Part shown: positions 49,586 to 59,086 of the stretch, piece after piece
Layout of the letters: each line of letters starts with the position of its first letter
How positions within the stretch are numbered: the stretch's first letter is position 1
Source of the DNA: an uncultured Pseudomonadales bacterium
Lineage (GTDB): Bacteria; Pseudomonadota; Gammaproteobacteria; Pseudomonadales; Azotimanducaceae
Reading direction: 5' to 3'
Length of the DNA stretch: 64,000 bases
Assembly (NCBI GenBank): GCA_964351875.1
Contig: CAYGQC010000001.1
Location: 2,048 to 66,047 of the forward strand
Notes under the pieces: model-generated
Told to the model about the DNA's origin: nothing
The model's input: only the letters and a program-made list of their open reading frames with translations
Database searches by the model: none
Program-made: the position numbers and the translations under genes

Positions 49586-50329
49586 TCAGCACCAGTGCGC
49601 GGTCGAACTCGCCTGGCCGTCGTCCGCCAACTGCCACCAGCGATAACCGGGCCCCGCTTGAGTCACAGCAAACGATGCGCTGGCAGGCTCGAACTGAAAA
49701 CAGGTAGACGGCGCTGAGCGCATCGGCGTCGCATTGTGCCAGCTTTCCCAAGCCTGGTGCACATGCCCCACCGCAATCGCACGCACATTGCAGTCAGCGT
49801 CGTTCAACCAGCCCAGAAGAGGAGAATCTTCGCTGAGTTCTATGGCGTCGGTATCGAGCCAGGGCGTGCCGCAGGGCGCAAACGGGGTGAACGGGTGGTG
49901 CACCGTGAGCAAAACATGTCCAGCACTGCGGCAGTCGTCGATCGCCGTGCGCAGTTGGCGCTCGTCGAGCGCCCCGGCGCTACTGCCCGGCTGCCAGGAG
50001 GAGAGCGGCTGGATGCGCCAATCGCCGAGTTCACGAGCGGCGCCAAATTCGCGCAGCCACGGCGCCATCACGCCAGCGTCGTCATGGTTGCCCGGCAGCA
50101 TCATCAGCGGTGCATCGCTTTGCGAACGCAACAGCGCGACAAAGCGCTCGTAGTTCTCGGCAGTCGCATCGTGGGCAATATCACCACTGGCGACAATCAG
50201 ATCCGGTTGGTATTGCGCCAGCGCGCGTTGCAGCACGAGTTGCAGCGACGCATCAGTATCCACACCCAGCAGGCCCTCCTCGGGCTTGCTGATCAGGTGG
50301 CAGTCACTGATTTGCAGTAGGCGAATCAT
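49586..50329 (-). CDS. cpdA: 3',5'-cyclic-nucleotide phosphodiesterase (class III, metallophosphoesterase)
   Basis: MIRLLQISDCHL, SGDIAHD, LPGNHDD and HHP motifs. Start moved to the ATG at 50329. Confidence 0.85.
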   Translation of the reverse strand: MIRLLQISDCHLISKPEEGLLGVDTDASLQLVLQRALAQYQPDLIVASGDIAHDATAENYERFVALLRSQSDAPLMMLPGNHDDAGVMAPWLREFGAARELGDWRIQPLSSWQPGSSAGALDERQLRTAIDDCRSAGHVLLTVHHPFTPFAPCGTPWLDTDAIELSEDSPLLGWLNDADCNVRAIAVGHVHQAWESWHNATPMRSAPSTCFQFEPASASFAVTQAGPGYRWWQLADDGQASSTAHWC

Positions 50330-50367
50330 CAGGTCGTCCAGGGCTTCAACGCCGGTTTGGCCCGCGG

Positions 50368-50880
50368 TCAGTCGCGACGAAAGTCCACGGTTTCCGAGCT
50401 CATGCCATTGGCGATGCAATGGCTGAGATACTCGCCGAGCAGCGCATTGATCTGCGTCTTCTCGTCCGGCGCGCGCATGTCCTCGTTAGGGTAGTCGTAG
50501 GCGCCGGCAAAGCGGCGCTGACCCTGATACTCAACAACATCCGCGCTATGGGCATCGTGGTACAGGCGCACGGTGAGACGCGGCTCAGTCAGGCTTCGCA
50601 GCGCGGGATGCATGCCGTAGGTGAGGTGCATCAACGTGGTGTACGGCGTCTGCTCAACAATGCTGATCACAGCGGTTATCCCCGCATCAGCCACTGGCAG
50701 TAAAAACTCCCGGGGGGCGCCACCAGCATCGGCGGCACGCAGAGCCGGGTAGAGTTTGAACAACTTTTCATAGTTGGCGTCACACAAGGCCATGTGGGCT
50801 TGCAGATCCACTCGGGCGCGGCGGCGCGCGCGGGCCAACATGCCCTCGTGGTAGCGCTTGTAGACAATGGGTGCCGTCAC
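50368..50880 (-). CDS. DUF1249 (YqiB-like) protein
   Basis: CDANYEKLFKLYP motif, and the conserved position upstream of cpdA as in enterobacteria and pseudomonads. Confidence 0.7.
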   Translation of the reverse strand: MTAPIVYKRYHEGMLARARRRARVDLQAHMALCDANYEKLFKLYPALRAADAGGAPREFLLPVADAGITAVISIVEQTPYTTLMHLTYGMHPALRSLTEPRLTVRLYHDAHSADVVEYQGQRRFAGAYDYPNEDMRAPDEKTQINALLGEYLSHCIANGMSSETVDFRRD

Positions 50881-51327
50881 CGGTTCATCTGCTTTTAGTG
50901 TCCTTGTTAACGATCAGCCGAGCACATGCCAAACATCTATGCCGAGCCAGGCTCTTGATTTCTCGCCTGTCGGGGCTCGTTGCAAACGCGCTCCGCTCCA
51001 ACGCTTTGAATGCCGTTGGGGCGGCAAACGGTGTCACGAACCGCCGCCAAATACCAGCTTGCAACCCGGAACTGAACGCGCTTTGGGATCGACGTTGCAC
51101 CTTGCGTTGAGCCCCACCAACCGACTGTCTGACAGACTGCGCCGCCCGTCACATTTTGTTACTAAGTTGGGCGTTCAGCGCCATTCAGACACGTACAATT
51201 CGCACTGCGGACACGACGTTCGCGCCGTGGCCCGAGTTGCCTTTAGTGTAGACTGCGATGCTTGCGCAGTAGCCTCAGCAACCTGGCGCAGAATCGGAAT
51301 TCTGACTCTGGATAAGTGCCTGTTTCA

Positions 51328-52821
51328 ATGACCGCTCCAAACACCCCAAACATCAGCCGCCTGCGCTCCATCACGCCGGCTTCGAACCAACCGACACCCC
51401 ATGCTCCCAGCGCGCTGCGCAAGGCATTCGGTAGCTGTCTGTTGGCCCTACTGGCATGGACCGTCGGTCTGCCCGCAACCGCCGCGGACCTCAAGGACGT
51501 ATTCGAAGCCGCCAAAGCCAACGACGCCGTGATCGGCGCAGCACGCGCCCAATACGAGGCAGCGCGGCAGGCACTGCCCCAGGCACGCTCCGGCCTGCTC
51601 CCCCAGGTGAGCGCCCAGGGCACAACCTCCTGGAATGAGCTGAGCTTTCCCGTCGGGCCACAATTCAACCCCGACACAGGGCTCTTCGAAGAGGTTCCGG
51701 ACCAGCAATACAACGACCACGGCTGGTCCGCGACGCTTAACCAGCCCATCGTCAATTTCAGCGCCTGGTTCACGTACACCAGCGCCAAAGCCGCCGTAGA
51801 ACGGGCTAAAACGTCCCTCGACGCGGCCGAGCAAAACCTGATCGTGCGAGCCACCGAGGCGTATCTGAACGTACTACGCGCCCAGGATTTGCTCGACTCA
51901 ACCCAGGCTGCCGAGGCCGCGGTGAAACGGCAGCTCGAACAGGTTCAGCAACGCTTCGATGTAGGTCTGGTTGCAATCACCGACGTACTGGAAGCACAGG
52001 CGGCCTACGACGACGCACTCGTCAATCGGATTCAAGCGGATGGCGACCACGACATCTTTTTCGAGAATCTACGCACGCTAACCGGCACGGCCTACGATTC
52101 GTTGAACCGGCTGTCCGAAGAGCTGCCGATTGTGAATCCCGCCCCGGCTAACGAAGAGGAATGGGTGCAGACCGCTCTGAACACCAACTATGGCGTTAAG
52201 GGCGCGCAACACGCGGTCGCTGCAGCAGCGCGAACGCTGCGCTCACGTCGATCCGACCACCTACCTACGCTTGGAGCATCCGCGTTACGCAACCACGATG
52301 TCACCGGCGGTCCGTCATTCCTTGGCGGCAAAACAGATGTCACACGCTACTCGCTCACCTTGAATGTGCCGATTTTCAGCGGCGGTCTGGTGCAATCGCG
52401 AGCACGGCAGGCGAGTGCCGAGCTGGAAGGCGCTCGGCAACAACTGCTTGATTCCCAGCGCACGGTCGCGCGTGATACCCGCAACCTGTTTCGCTCCGTC
52501 GCCACCGATGTCGTGCGAGTGCGCGCTCGGCAGCGGGCTATCGAGTCTTCACAGAGCGCGTTGGACGCTACCGAAACCGGCTACGAAGTCGGCACACGTA
52601 ACATTGTCGATGTGCTACAGGCACAACAGCGCCTGTTCGGTTCGCAGTTCGACTATGCGGATTCGCGCTACCGCTACGTGCTGGACCTGATGCGCCTCAA
52701 GCAGTCTACCGGCACGCTGATCGACGAAGATCTGGTGGAGCTGAACAAGTTCACCGATCCGAATGACCAGGTGAAAACTCTGCCGTCACTGCGCCGCTAT
52801 TCGGGTGATCTCGGGTCGTAG
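51328..52821 (+). CDS. tolC: TolC-family outer-membrane efflux channel (OpmH-like)
   Basis: Signal peptide ending ATA-ADL. LKDVFEAAKANDAVIGAARAQYEA and two internal repeats typical of TolC. ATG at 51328 is preferred over the GTG at 51316. Confidence 0.9.
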   Translation: MTAPNTPNISRLRSITPASNQPTPHAPSALRKAFGSCLLALLAWTVGLPATAADLKDVFEAAKANDAVIGAARAQYEAARQALPQARSGLLPQVSAQGTTSWNELSFPVGPQFNPDTGLFEEVPDQQYNDHGWSATLNQPIVNFSAWFTYTSAKAAVERAKTSLDAAEQNLIVRATEAYLNVLRAQDLLDSTQAAEAAVKRQLEQVQQRFDVGLVAITDVLEAQAAYDDALVNRIQADGDHDIFFENLRTLTGTAYDSLNRLSEELPIVNPAPANEEEWVQTALNTNYGVKGAQHAVAAAARTLRSRRSDHLPTLGASALRNHDVTGGPSFLGGKTDVTRYSLTLNVPIFSGGLVQSRARQASAELEGARQQLLDSQRTVARDTRNLFRSVATDVVRVRARQRAIESSQSALDATETGYEVGTRNIVDVLQAQQRLFGSQFDYADSRYRYVLDLMRLKQSTGTLIDEDLVELNKFTDPNDQVKTLPSLRRYSGDLGS

Positions 52822-54075
52822 GATTTCGATGAGCGCGGCCGTTGCGCCGCGATTGTCCTCGACCACCTGCCTGGCAAGCTGCGCTTGCTCGTTGCGGTGT
52901 TCCTCCGAGCGAAAGCAGCGCAGCACCTGCCCGGCAATCCCATCGGCGCCCTCAACCAGATGTAAACAGCCCGCCCGCGCAAACGATTCGCACACCTGTT
53001 CGAAGTTGAATCGGTGCGGGCCCATGACAATCGACTGCCCATGAATCGCCGCTTCAACGGGATTGTGTCCACCACTGGGCACCAGCGAGCCGCCGATAAA
53101 GGCGATACTCGATAAGCCCAACAGCGCGCTGACGTCACCCATCGTGTCGCCAACGATCACGTTCGTCGTTACGCGATCTGCGGCGTCATCAGATCGTGAC
53201 AACCGCCGCGCCTCAGGGCCAGCCAGCGCAGCCACTGCCTCGAAGCGCTCGGGATGCCGGGGCACGACAATCAGCACGGCGTCAGCCTGTACCTGAAGCA
53301 CTCTTTTGTGCGCCGCCAGCACAATCTCATCTTCACCCGCGTGGGTGCTCGCCGCCAGCCACACCGGCCGATCCGCCAGGCCAAGCTCGATCCGCCAGCG
53401 ATCGAGGCGCGCCTGAAGATCCTGGGGCAACTCCAGATCGAACTTCACGCTACCGAGCGTACGTATTCGCTCCTTGGAGACACCTAGAGCCTCGAATCGC
53501 CGGGCGTGGGCCGGATACTGGCAGGCAATGAGCGTAAGCCGATCGAGCATAGGGCGAGTGAGCGCGGAAACTTTTTGGTAACCCTGCATGGATTTCTCAG
53601 ACAGGCGGGCATTGATCAACATCGCCGGCGTACCCATGCGCTCAAGGCGGCGTAGCCACACCGGCCAAAGCTCGGTTTCCACAAAGAGCGCGAGCTTGGG
53701 CTGCACGGCCGCGAGAAAGCGATCAACGGCGAAGTCAAAATCGTAGGGTGCGTAGCAGTGAGCAACCTTCCCGCCAAGCAAGCGCTGCACCTGCTCCGAG
53801 CCGGTCGGCGTCATTGTCGTGACCAGAACAGGCAATTGCGGGAATTCGTCCAGGAGCCGCAAAATCACCGGCGCAATGGCGATCGTCTCTCCGGCGGAAA
53901 CCGCGTGGATCCAAACACCACCCCGAGCGTGCGCAGCAACGTCCGCGGGCACAGAACCAAAGCGTTCGGCGCGTCGTAATTTGTAAGCCGGTGCTTCGCG
54001 GCCGCGCCAGATCAAACGACCAGCAACGACCGGCAGTGCGAGCAGCAGGAGCAATCGATAGAAGAATAGAGCCAT
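52786..54075 (-). CDS. waaA: 3-deoxy-D-manno-octulosonic acid (Kdo) transferase
   Basis: N-terminal anchor MALFFYRLLLLLALPVV, WIHAVSAGE, GGSLVPSGGHNPVEAA. Start moved to the ATG at 54075. Confidence 0.92.
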   Translation of the reverse strand: MALFFYRLLLLLALPVVAGRLIWRGREAPAYKLRRAERFGSVPADVAAHARGGVWIHAVSAGETIAIAPVILRLLDEFPQLPVLVTTMTPTGSEQVQRLLGGKVAHCYAPYDFDFAVDRFLAAVQPKLALFVETELWPVWLRRLERMGTPAMLINARLSEKSMQGYQKVSALTRPMLDRLTLIACQYPAHARRFEALGVSKERIRTLGSVKFDLELPQDLQARLDRWRIELGLADRPVWLAASTHAGEDEIVLAAHKRVLQVQADAVLIVVPRHPERFEAVAALAGPEARRLSRSDDAADRVTTNVIVGDTMGDVSALLGLSSIAFIGGSLVPSGGHNPVEAAIHGQSIVMGPHRFNFEQVCESFARAGCLHLVEGADGIAGQVLRCFRSEEHRNEQAQLARQVVEDNRGATAALIEILRPEITRIAAQ

Positions 54076-54194
54076 CGGCGCAGGGTCGGCGGGCGCCGCC
54101 AGCAAGTCAAGAAGGAGTCCCTCTAACAAACAACCAATACTCGCGAGTGCTCCGGGTATGCGGTCGAGCTCAAGTAGCCTGATAAGCTGCACGC

Positions 54195-55340
54195 GTGAGC
54201 TCTACAGATTCAAAACCAGCCTTCGACGTCCTCATTATCGGCGCCGGCGTCGCCGGGCTGTGGTCCGCCAACGTGCTGAGTCACGCCGGCTACTCCGTCG
54301 TCGTAGTCGATGCGAAGGGAATTGGAGGTGAGCAGACTCTCGCCTCCCAGGGCCTGATTCACGGGGGCATCAAATACGCGCTAGGCGGTTTTTTCACGGG
54401 CGCGTCCAACGCGATCGCCGACATGCCGCGTCGATGGCGCAATGCCATCTCAGGCGACGACATAGCCATCGACCTATCCGGTATTACCCCGGTCGCCGAA
54501 CACTATCTGATGTTCTCAGCCGATAGCGCGCGATCCCGAATCTCCACGTTCCTGGCTGGCCAAGCGCTGCGCGGTGATGTGCGCAAGCTGACGGGCAACG
54601 AGCGTCCCTCTGCGCTGCTGGCGTTCTCCGGCAGCGTTTTTGAGTTGCCTGATCTGGTGCTGGATACCGTCGCAATTGCTGAGCAACTGAACAATCGCCA
54701 TCGATTTGGCATCTACCAGGCCAGCGCAACGCTCGAGCCACAGACCGCTGCGCTTAACGGCATCACCGTGACGCCGGCCGCCATTGTGTGCTGCGCGGGC
54801 AGCGGCAACGAGGCGCTCCTGCAGCAAAGCGGCGTCAGTGATCTGACCTGCCAGCGCCGGCCACTGCAGCAGGTCATCGTCCGATCTTCTAACCTTCCGA
54901 ACCTGTTCGGCCACTGCATCACCGGTATTAGACGTCCCGAGCCACGATTGACCATCACAAGCCACGACGATCCACCCGGCAGAAGCTGGTACATCGGCGG
55001 CCAGCTCGCAACAGACGGCGCGAGCCTGTCAGCGAGCGATCTCATCATCCGTGCAAAGTCAGAGCTCGCCGAGTGCCTGCCCTGGATCGATCTGCGCGAC
55101 GCCGACTTTGAGACCTTCGCTATCGACCGCGCAGAGCCCGCTAACGATGGACAGCGTCCGGACCAGGCCGCCGTGGAGGTCCGCGGCAATCGCATATTTG
55201 CGTGGCCAACCAAACTCTCGCTCGCTCCGGATCTAGGCGATCGCGTACTCGCCGCGGTTCGAGAAATCGCCAAGCCGTCCCAGACGGAGCCGGCAGCCCT
55301 GCCGCTGCCCGATGCAAAACGGGCGACACGGCCGTGGTAG
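54195..55340 (+). CDS. FAD-dependent oxidoreductase (DAO family)
   Basis: FDVLIIGAGVAGLW dinucleotide-binding motif. GTG start. Confidence 0.75.
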   Translation: MSSTDSKPAFDVLIIGAGVAGLWSANVLSHAGYSVVVVDAKGIGGEQTLASQGLIHGGIKYALGGFFTGASNAIADMPRRWRNAISGDDIAIDLSGITPVAEHYLMFSADSARSRISTFLAGQALRGDVRKLTGNERPSALLAFSGSVFELPDLVLDTVAIAEQLNNRHRFGIYQASATLEPQTAALNGITVTPAAIVCCAGSGNEALLQQSGVSDLTCQRRPLQQVIVRSSNLPNLFGHCITGIRRPEPRLTITSHDDPPGRSWYIGGQLATDGASLSASDLIIRAKSELAECLPWIDLRDADFETFAIDRAEPANDGQRPDQAAVEVRGNRIFAWPTKLSLAPDLGDRVLAAVREIAKPSQTEPAALPLPDAKRATRPW

Positions 55341-56116
55341 CAGACCGACACGACAGGCTTGAGCGACGCCCACTCGGCAACACCGGCATCGACGTTAGCG
55401 TGCTCGGCCTGGGGACGGTCAAACTGGGGCGAAATACGAACGTGAAATATCCAGCAGCCTTCGACCTGCCGGATGACTCAGTGGTAATAGAGCTTCTGAA
55501 CGCAGCCCAAGAGGCGGGCATAAACCTCATCGACACGGCCCCAGCCTACGGAGCAGCCGAAGCGCGGCTCGGGGCGCTGTTACCCGGCAAGCGCGAAGAC
55601 TGGGTGCTCGCCAGCAAAGTGGGCGAGCAGTTCGATGGCGAGACGTCGAGCTACGATTTCTCGCCGGAAGCCTGCCAGGCGAGCGTTCACGCAAGCCTTA
55701 GGCGGCTGAAGACGGACTATCTGGATATCGTTCTCGTGCATTCCGATGGACGCGATGCGGAAATCGTCGAATCCATGGGCACACTTGAGGCTCTCACTGA
55801 CCTGAAAACTCGCGGACTGATACGCGCGATCGGTCTGTCCTGCAAAAGCGCTGAGGGTGGCCGCATTGCACTGCCTCACGTCGACGTGTTGATGGCGACC
55901 ATCAATGCAGACTACCGAGAGGAGGTTGGGCTGGTTCGCGAGGCCGGCGCGCTCGGCGTTGGCGTGCTGATCAAGAAGGCGTTGAACAGCGGTCGGGGCA
56001 GCCCAGAGTATCTGCGTGCGATCGCTGATGCTCCCGGCGTGAGCAGTATCGTGCTCGGCACATTGAGCCGCGACCACCTCAGGGCCAATGTGTTAGCTGT
56101 GAGCCAGGGGCATTAG
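55334..56116 (+). CDS. Aldo/keto reductase family oxidoreductase
   Basis: LGNTGIDVSVLGLGTVKLG, INLIDTAPAYG, YLDIVLVH. The GTG at 55334 overlaps the upstream stop. The track ORF extends further upstream inside the FAD oxidoreductase gene. Confidence 0.75.
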   Translation: MVADRHDRLERRPLGNTGIDVSVLGLGTVKLGRNTNVKYPAAFDLPDDSVVIELLNAAQEAGINLIDTAPAYGAAEARLGALLPGKREDWVLASKVGEQFDGETSSYDFSPEACQASVHASLRRLKTDYLDIVLVHSDGRDAEIVESMGTLEALTDLKTRGLIRAIGLSCKSAEGGRIALPHVDVLMATINADYREEVGLVREAGALGVGVLIKKALNSGRGSPEYLRAIADAPGVSSIVLGTLSRDHLRANVLAVSQGH

Positions 56117-56123
56117 TCGTGAG

Positions 56124-56612
56124 CTAGGGCGTCGGCTGTATCGGCTGAGCGGGCGACGTAATCGACAGCGCATCAAAGGACTGGGCTGACAGCTCGCCTT
56201 CGCGACGGAACCGGACGCTGCCAATTCCGCTGGTGAATACTCTGCCTGTTAGCTCGTAGCGCACCGCCTGGTCGCGCGCCGCGCTCATGGCCCTGCGAAC
56301 CGCATCGATCACGCTGATGCTCGCATCGATGTTGATGGTCGTCTCGCCGAGCCCCGGCAATTCGAAGGGCTCGTCGGAGACACCGCGCGCAAACCGGCCG
56401 CCGTTGATATCGAGCGCGAGACTTACGCCCGTCGCTCGAATGGCCTTGTCGGAGGGGTTCTGCAGCCGAATGGACAGCGCGACGCGTTGCTCTAGTGCGG
56501 TCGAGGGTAGCGCCCGCACACTGGAAAGATAAACATCCACCGGTGGCTGAGAAGCACAGCCTGTGATCAGCAGTTGGCCGAGTAGCAGCAATATCAGCGG
56601 GGCTCTAGTCAT
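56124..56612 (-). CDS. Lipoprotein with LEA_2 / WHy-like domain
   Basis: Lipobox LLITG|C. The beta-sandwich-like pattern (RVALSIRLQNPSDKAI...LDINGGRFARG) resembles LEA type-2 lipoproteins. Moderate confidence. Confidence 0.5.
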   Translation of the reverse strand: MTRAPLILLLLGQLLITGCASQPPVDVYLSSVRALPSTALEQRVALSIRLQNPSDKAIRATGVSLALDINGGRFARGVSDEPFELPGLGETTINIDASISVIDAVRRAMSAARDQAVRYELTGRVFTSGIGSVRFRREGELSAQSFDALSITSPAQPIQPTP

Positions 56613-56663
56613 CGGTCGCTCTCCAGCAATCACTCGCGCACGAAACGCGCTTATCCCGCGAGT

Positions 56664-58085
56664 CTACTCGCTCGAAGGCGTTTTGAGCTTTTCCACGATG
56701 CGCGTCGTCGACAGATCAGCAACTTCGCTGAGAACGGCCACTTCGCCACCGTAGGCACGCACAAGGTCAGCGCCAACGACAGCGTCCAGATCGTAGTCAC
56801 CGCCTTTGACCAGCACCTCAGGCTTGAGACTGGCCAGCAATGCCTCGGGCGTGTCGTCGCTGAACGAAACCACCCAGTCGACGCTCGCAAGACCGGCCAA
56901 CACCGACATGCGTCGATGCAGCGTGTTTACCGGGCGACCCTTCCCTTTCAGGCGGGTGACCGAGGCATCATCGTTAACCGCGACAATGAGACGATCGCCG
57001 AGTTCACGAGCCTGGGTCAGGTAGGCCACATGGCCAGCGTGCAGAATGTCGAAGCAGCCATTGGTGAAGACGAGTCGCTCACCGTTTTCGCGAACCTGGG
57101 TGACCGCGCCCTGCAATGCAGACTGGCTAACCACGCCGCGGCGACTGCGTGAAACCCCGGCAAGCGCGTCGGCAAGCTCCGGGCCGGAAACGGCAGCCGT
57201 TCCGGAGCGCGTCACGGCAACGCCGGCAGCAACATTCGCCAGCTCCGCGGATTGCTGAATGGACCAATCCAGCGCAAGGCCAACGGAGAGAGCCGCAGCC
57301 GCTGTATCCCCAGCACCGGTGACATCAAACACGTCGACTGGTCGTGCCGGGATCGTGTGCAATTGACCGTCACTCGTCAGTACGCGTATCCCCCGGCCAC
57401 CCTGGGTGACGACAAGCGCCTGTATGGAAGTTTGCGCCAGGAACTCCGCGGCCCGGCTGCGAGCGTCAGCATCGCTCAATGGCCCACCAAAGGCGGCGAT
57501 AAACTCCGCTTCGTTAGGCTTAATGAAACTCGCGCCTGGGTAACGCTCGAGCGCTTTGGCTTTGGGATCGACGAGTACCGGCAGCGAGACAAGACAAGCC
57601 AGCAGCGCTTCCGGCTCCGCCACCGAGCCTTTGTCATAGTCTTCAACAATGGCGATCTGGCAGCCGGGCGCCTGGCGAGCGGCCTCGGCCGCCACAGCGG
57701 CCGCCTGCTCGGAGGCATCAACATCAAAGTCGGCACGGATGAGCTGTTGACCGGCACTGACCATGCGCAGCTTTATCGTCGTTCCCTGCGCCGGTACGAA
57801 AGCACAACGAACGCCCGCTGCTTCAAGGCGCTCACGCAGAATCAAGCCGGCTTCGTCTTCGCCGACTGCGCTCACCAGCGTACAACGCGCTCCAAGTGAC
57901 ACCAGGTTGAGTGCGACGTTAGCCGCGCCACCCGGCCGATCATCAATGCTTGAGATACCCACCACGGGAACCGGTGCTTCCTGGGAAATGCGCTCGACGT
58001 GACCGTGCCAGTAGCGGTCGAGCATGACGTCCCCGACGACAAGTACGTGTGTGTTCGCAAGCGATGGCAGGGCTGTGGGCAACAT
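56664..58085 (-). CDS. hldE: Bifunctional D-beta-D-heptose 7-phosphate kinase / heptose 1-phosphate adenylyltransferase
   Basis: Ribokinase-like N-domain (GAANVA, DVTGAGDT) plus a cytidylyltransferase C-domain (FTNGCFDILHAGH). Confidence 0.95.
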   Translation of the reverse strand: MLPTALPSLANTHVLVVGDVMLDRYWHGHVERISQEAPVPVVGISSIDDRPGGAANVALNLVSLGARCTLVSAVGEDEAGLILRERLEAAGVRCAFVPAQGTTIKLRMVSAGQQLIRADFDVDASEQAAAVAAEAARQAPGCQIAIVEDYDKGSVAEPEALLACLVSLPVLVDPKAKALERYPGASFIKPNEAEFIAAFGGPLSDADARSRAAEFLAQTSIQALVVTQGGRGIRVLTSDGQLHTIPARPVDVFDVTGAGDTAAAALSVGLALDWSIQQSAELANVAAGVAVTRSGTAAVSGPELADALAGVSRSRRGVVSQSALQGAVTQVRENGERLVFTNGCFDILHAGHVAYLTQARELGDRLIVAVNDDASVTRLKGKGRPVNTLHRRMSVLAGLASVDWVVSFSDDTPEALLASLKPEVLVKGGDYDLDAVVGADLVRAYGGEVAVLSEVADLSTTRIVEKLKTPSSE

Positions 58086-58145
58086 GGGGCAATGTTAGCA
58101 GGCGCGATCTGTGCAGGCTTAGCGAAAACGCTAGAATGCGCCGCC

Positions 58146-59060
58146 ATGGGTAAGAAACTTCCACCACGACACATCGCTTCGCCCATGTTATGGCCCGCCT
58201 GGCTCGCTGTAGCCTTCGGCTGGCTGATCGCGCGTCTGCCATTGGGCGCACTGTTGTGGCTTGGGCGCGGCGTTGGCAGCTCGGTGCACGCGTTCGGCGG
58301 CTCACGCAAACGCATCACCGAGAAAAACGCCGAGCTCTGCTTTCCTGAGCTTTCGACCGCGGAGCGAGCTGAGTTTGTACGCGGTGTTTTTCGGCACATG
58401 GGTGTGGGCATCGTGGAAACCGCCGCTGCCTGGTTGAACCCCCAGCGGAACCTCGACGATCGATTTACGGTGACCGGGCTGGAACACCTGCAAGCGGCGG
58501 TCGCTGAGCAGCGCGGCGTGGTGTTACTGGGTGGCCACTTCGCCGTGCTCGACATCATCGCCGGTACGCTTGCGCGCAACGCATCTGTCGTGCCGATCTA
58601 CAGGCGCAACAAGAATCCCGTGTGGGAATGGTTGCAACTCAGCGGCCGCGGCGCACATTTTTCGGAGATTATCGAGCGCAGCGATACGCGCGCCATCCTG
58701 CGCGCGCTAAAACAGAACAAAGTCATCTGGTACGCCGCGGATCAGGACTACGGCCGCAAACACTCCGTATTCGCACCCTTCTTTGGCGTGCAAGCGGCGA
58801 GTATCACGGGCACGGCGCGGTTCGCTCGGCTACGCAATTCACCGGTGCTCCTGATGAGTCATTTTCGGGATCTGGAGACCGGGTCTTACGAGTTGCGATT
58901 CTCAGAGCCACTGAGCGGCTATCCGAGCGACGATGATGTGGCCGACGCGACTCGCATCAATGCGCTCATCGAGGCCGAGGTCCGGTTGCATCCTCGCCAA
59001 TACCTGTGGGTGCACCGACGCTTCAAGACGCGTCCCGAGGGCGAAGCACCCTTTTACTGA
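58146..59060 (+). CDS. lpxL: Lipid A biosynthesis (Kdo)2-lipid IVA acyltransferase (LpxL/HtrB family)
   Basis: N-terminal anchor, HX4D motif (GGHFAVLDI), ADQDYG, RFKTRPEGE. Start at the ATG at 58146. Confidence 0.85.
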   Translation: MGKKLPPRHIASPMLWPAWLAVAFGWLIARLPLGALLWLGRGVGSSVHAFGGSRKRITEKNAELCFPELSTAERAEFVRGVFRHMGVGIVETAAAWLNPQRNLDDRFTVTGLEHLQAAVAEQRGVVLLGGHFAVLDIIAGTLARNASVVPIYRRNKNPVWEWLQLSGRGAHFSEIIERSDTRAILRALKQNKVIWYAADQDYGRKHSVFAPFFGVQAASITGTARFARLRNSPVLLMSHFRDLETGSYELRFSEPLSGYPSDDDVADATRINALIEAEVRLHPRQYLWVHRRFKTRPEGEAPFY

Positions 59061-59086
59061 TCGTCCGCGCGCCCTCGCAGGAGAGT

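Noticed and set aside
50867-51331. 154-aa ORF spanning the whole yqiB-tolC spacer.
   Set aside because: It has no SD, a non-protein-like composition, and several frames open simultaneously, as expected for GC-rich non-coding DNA.
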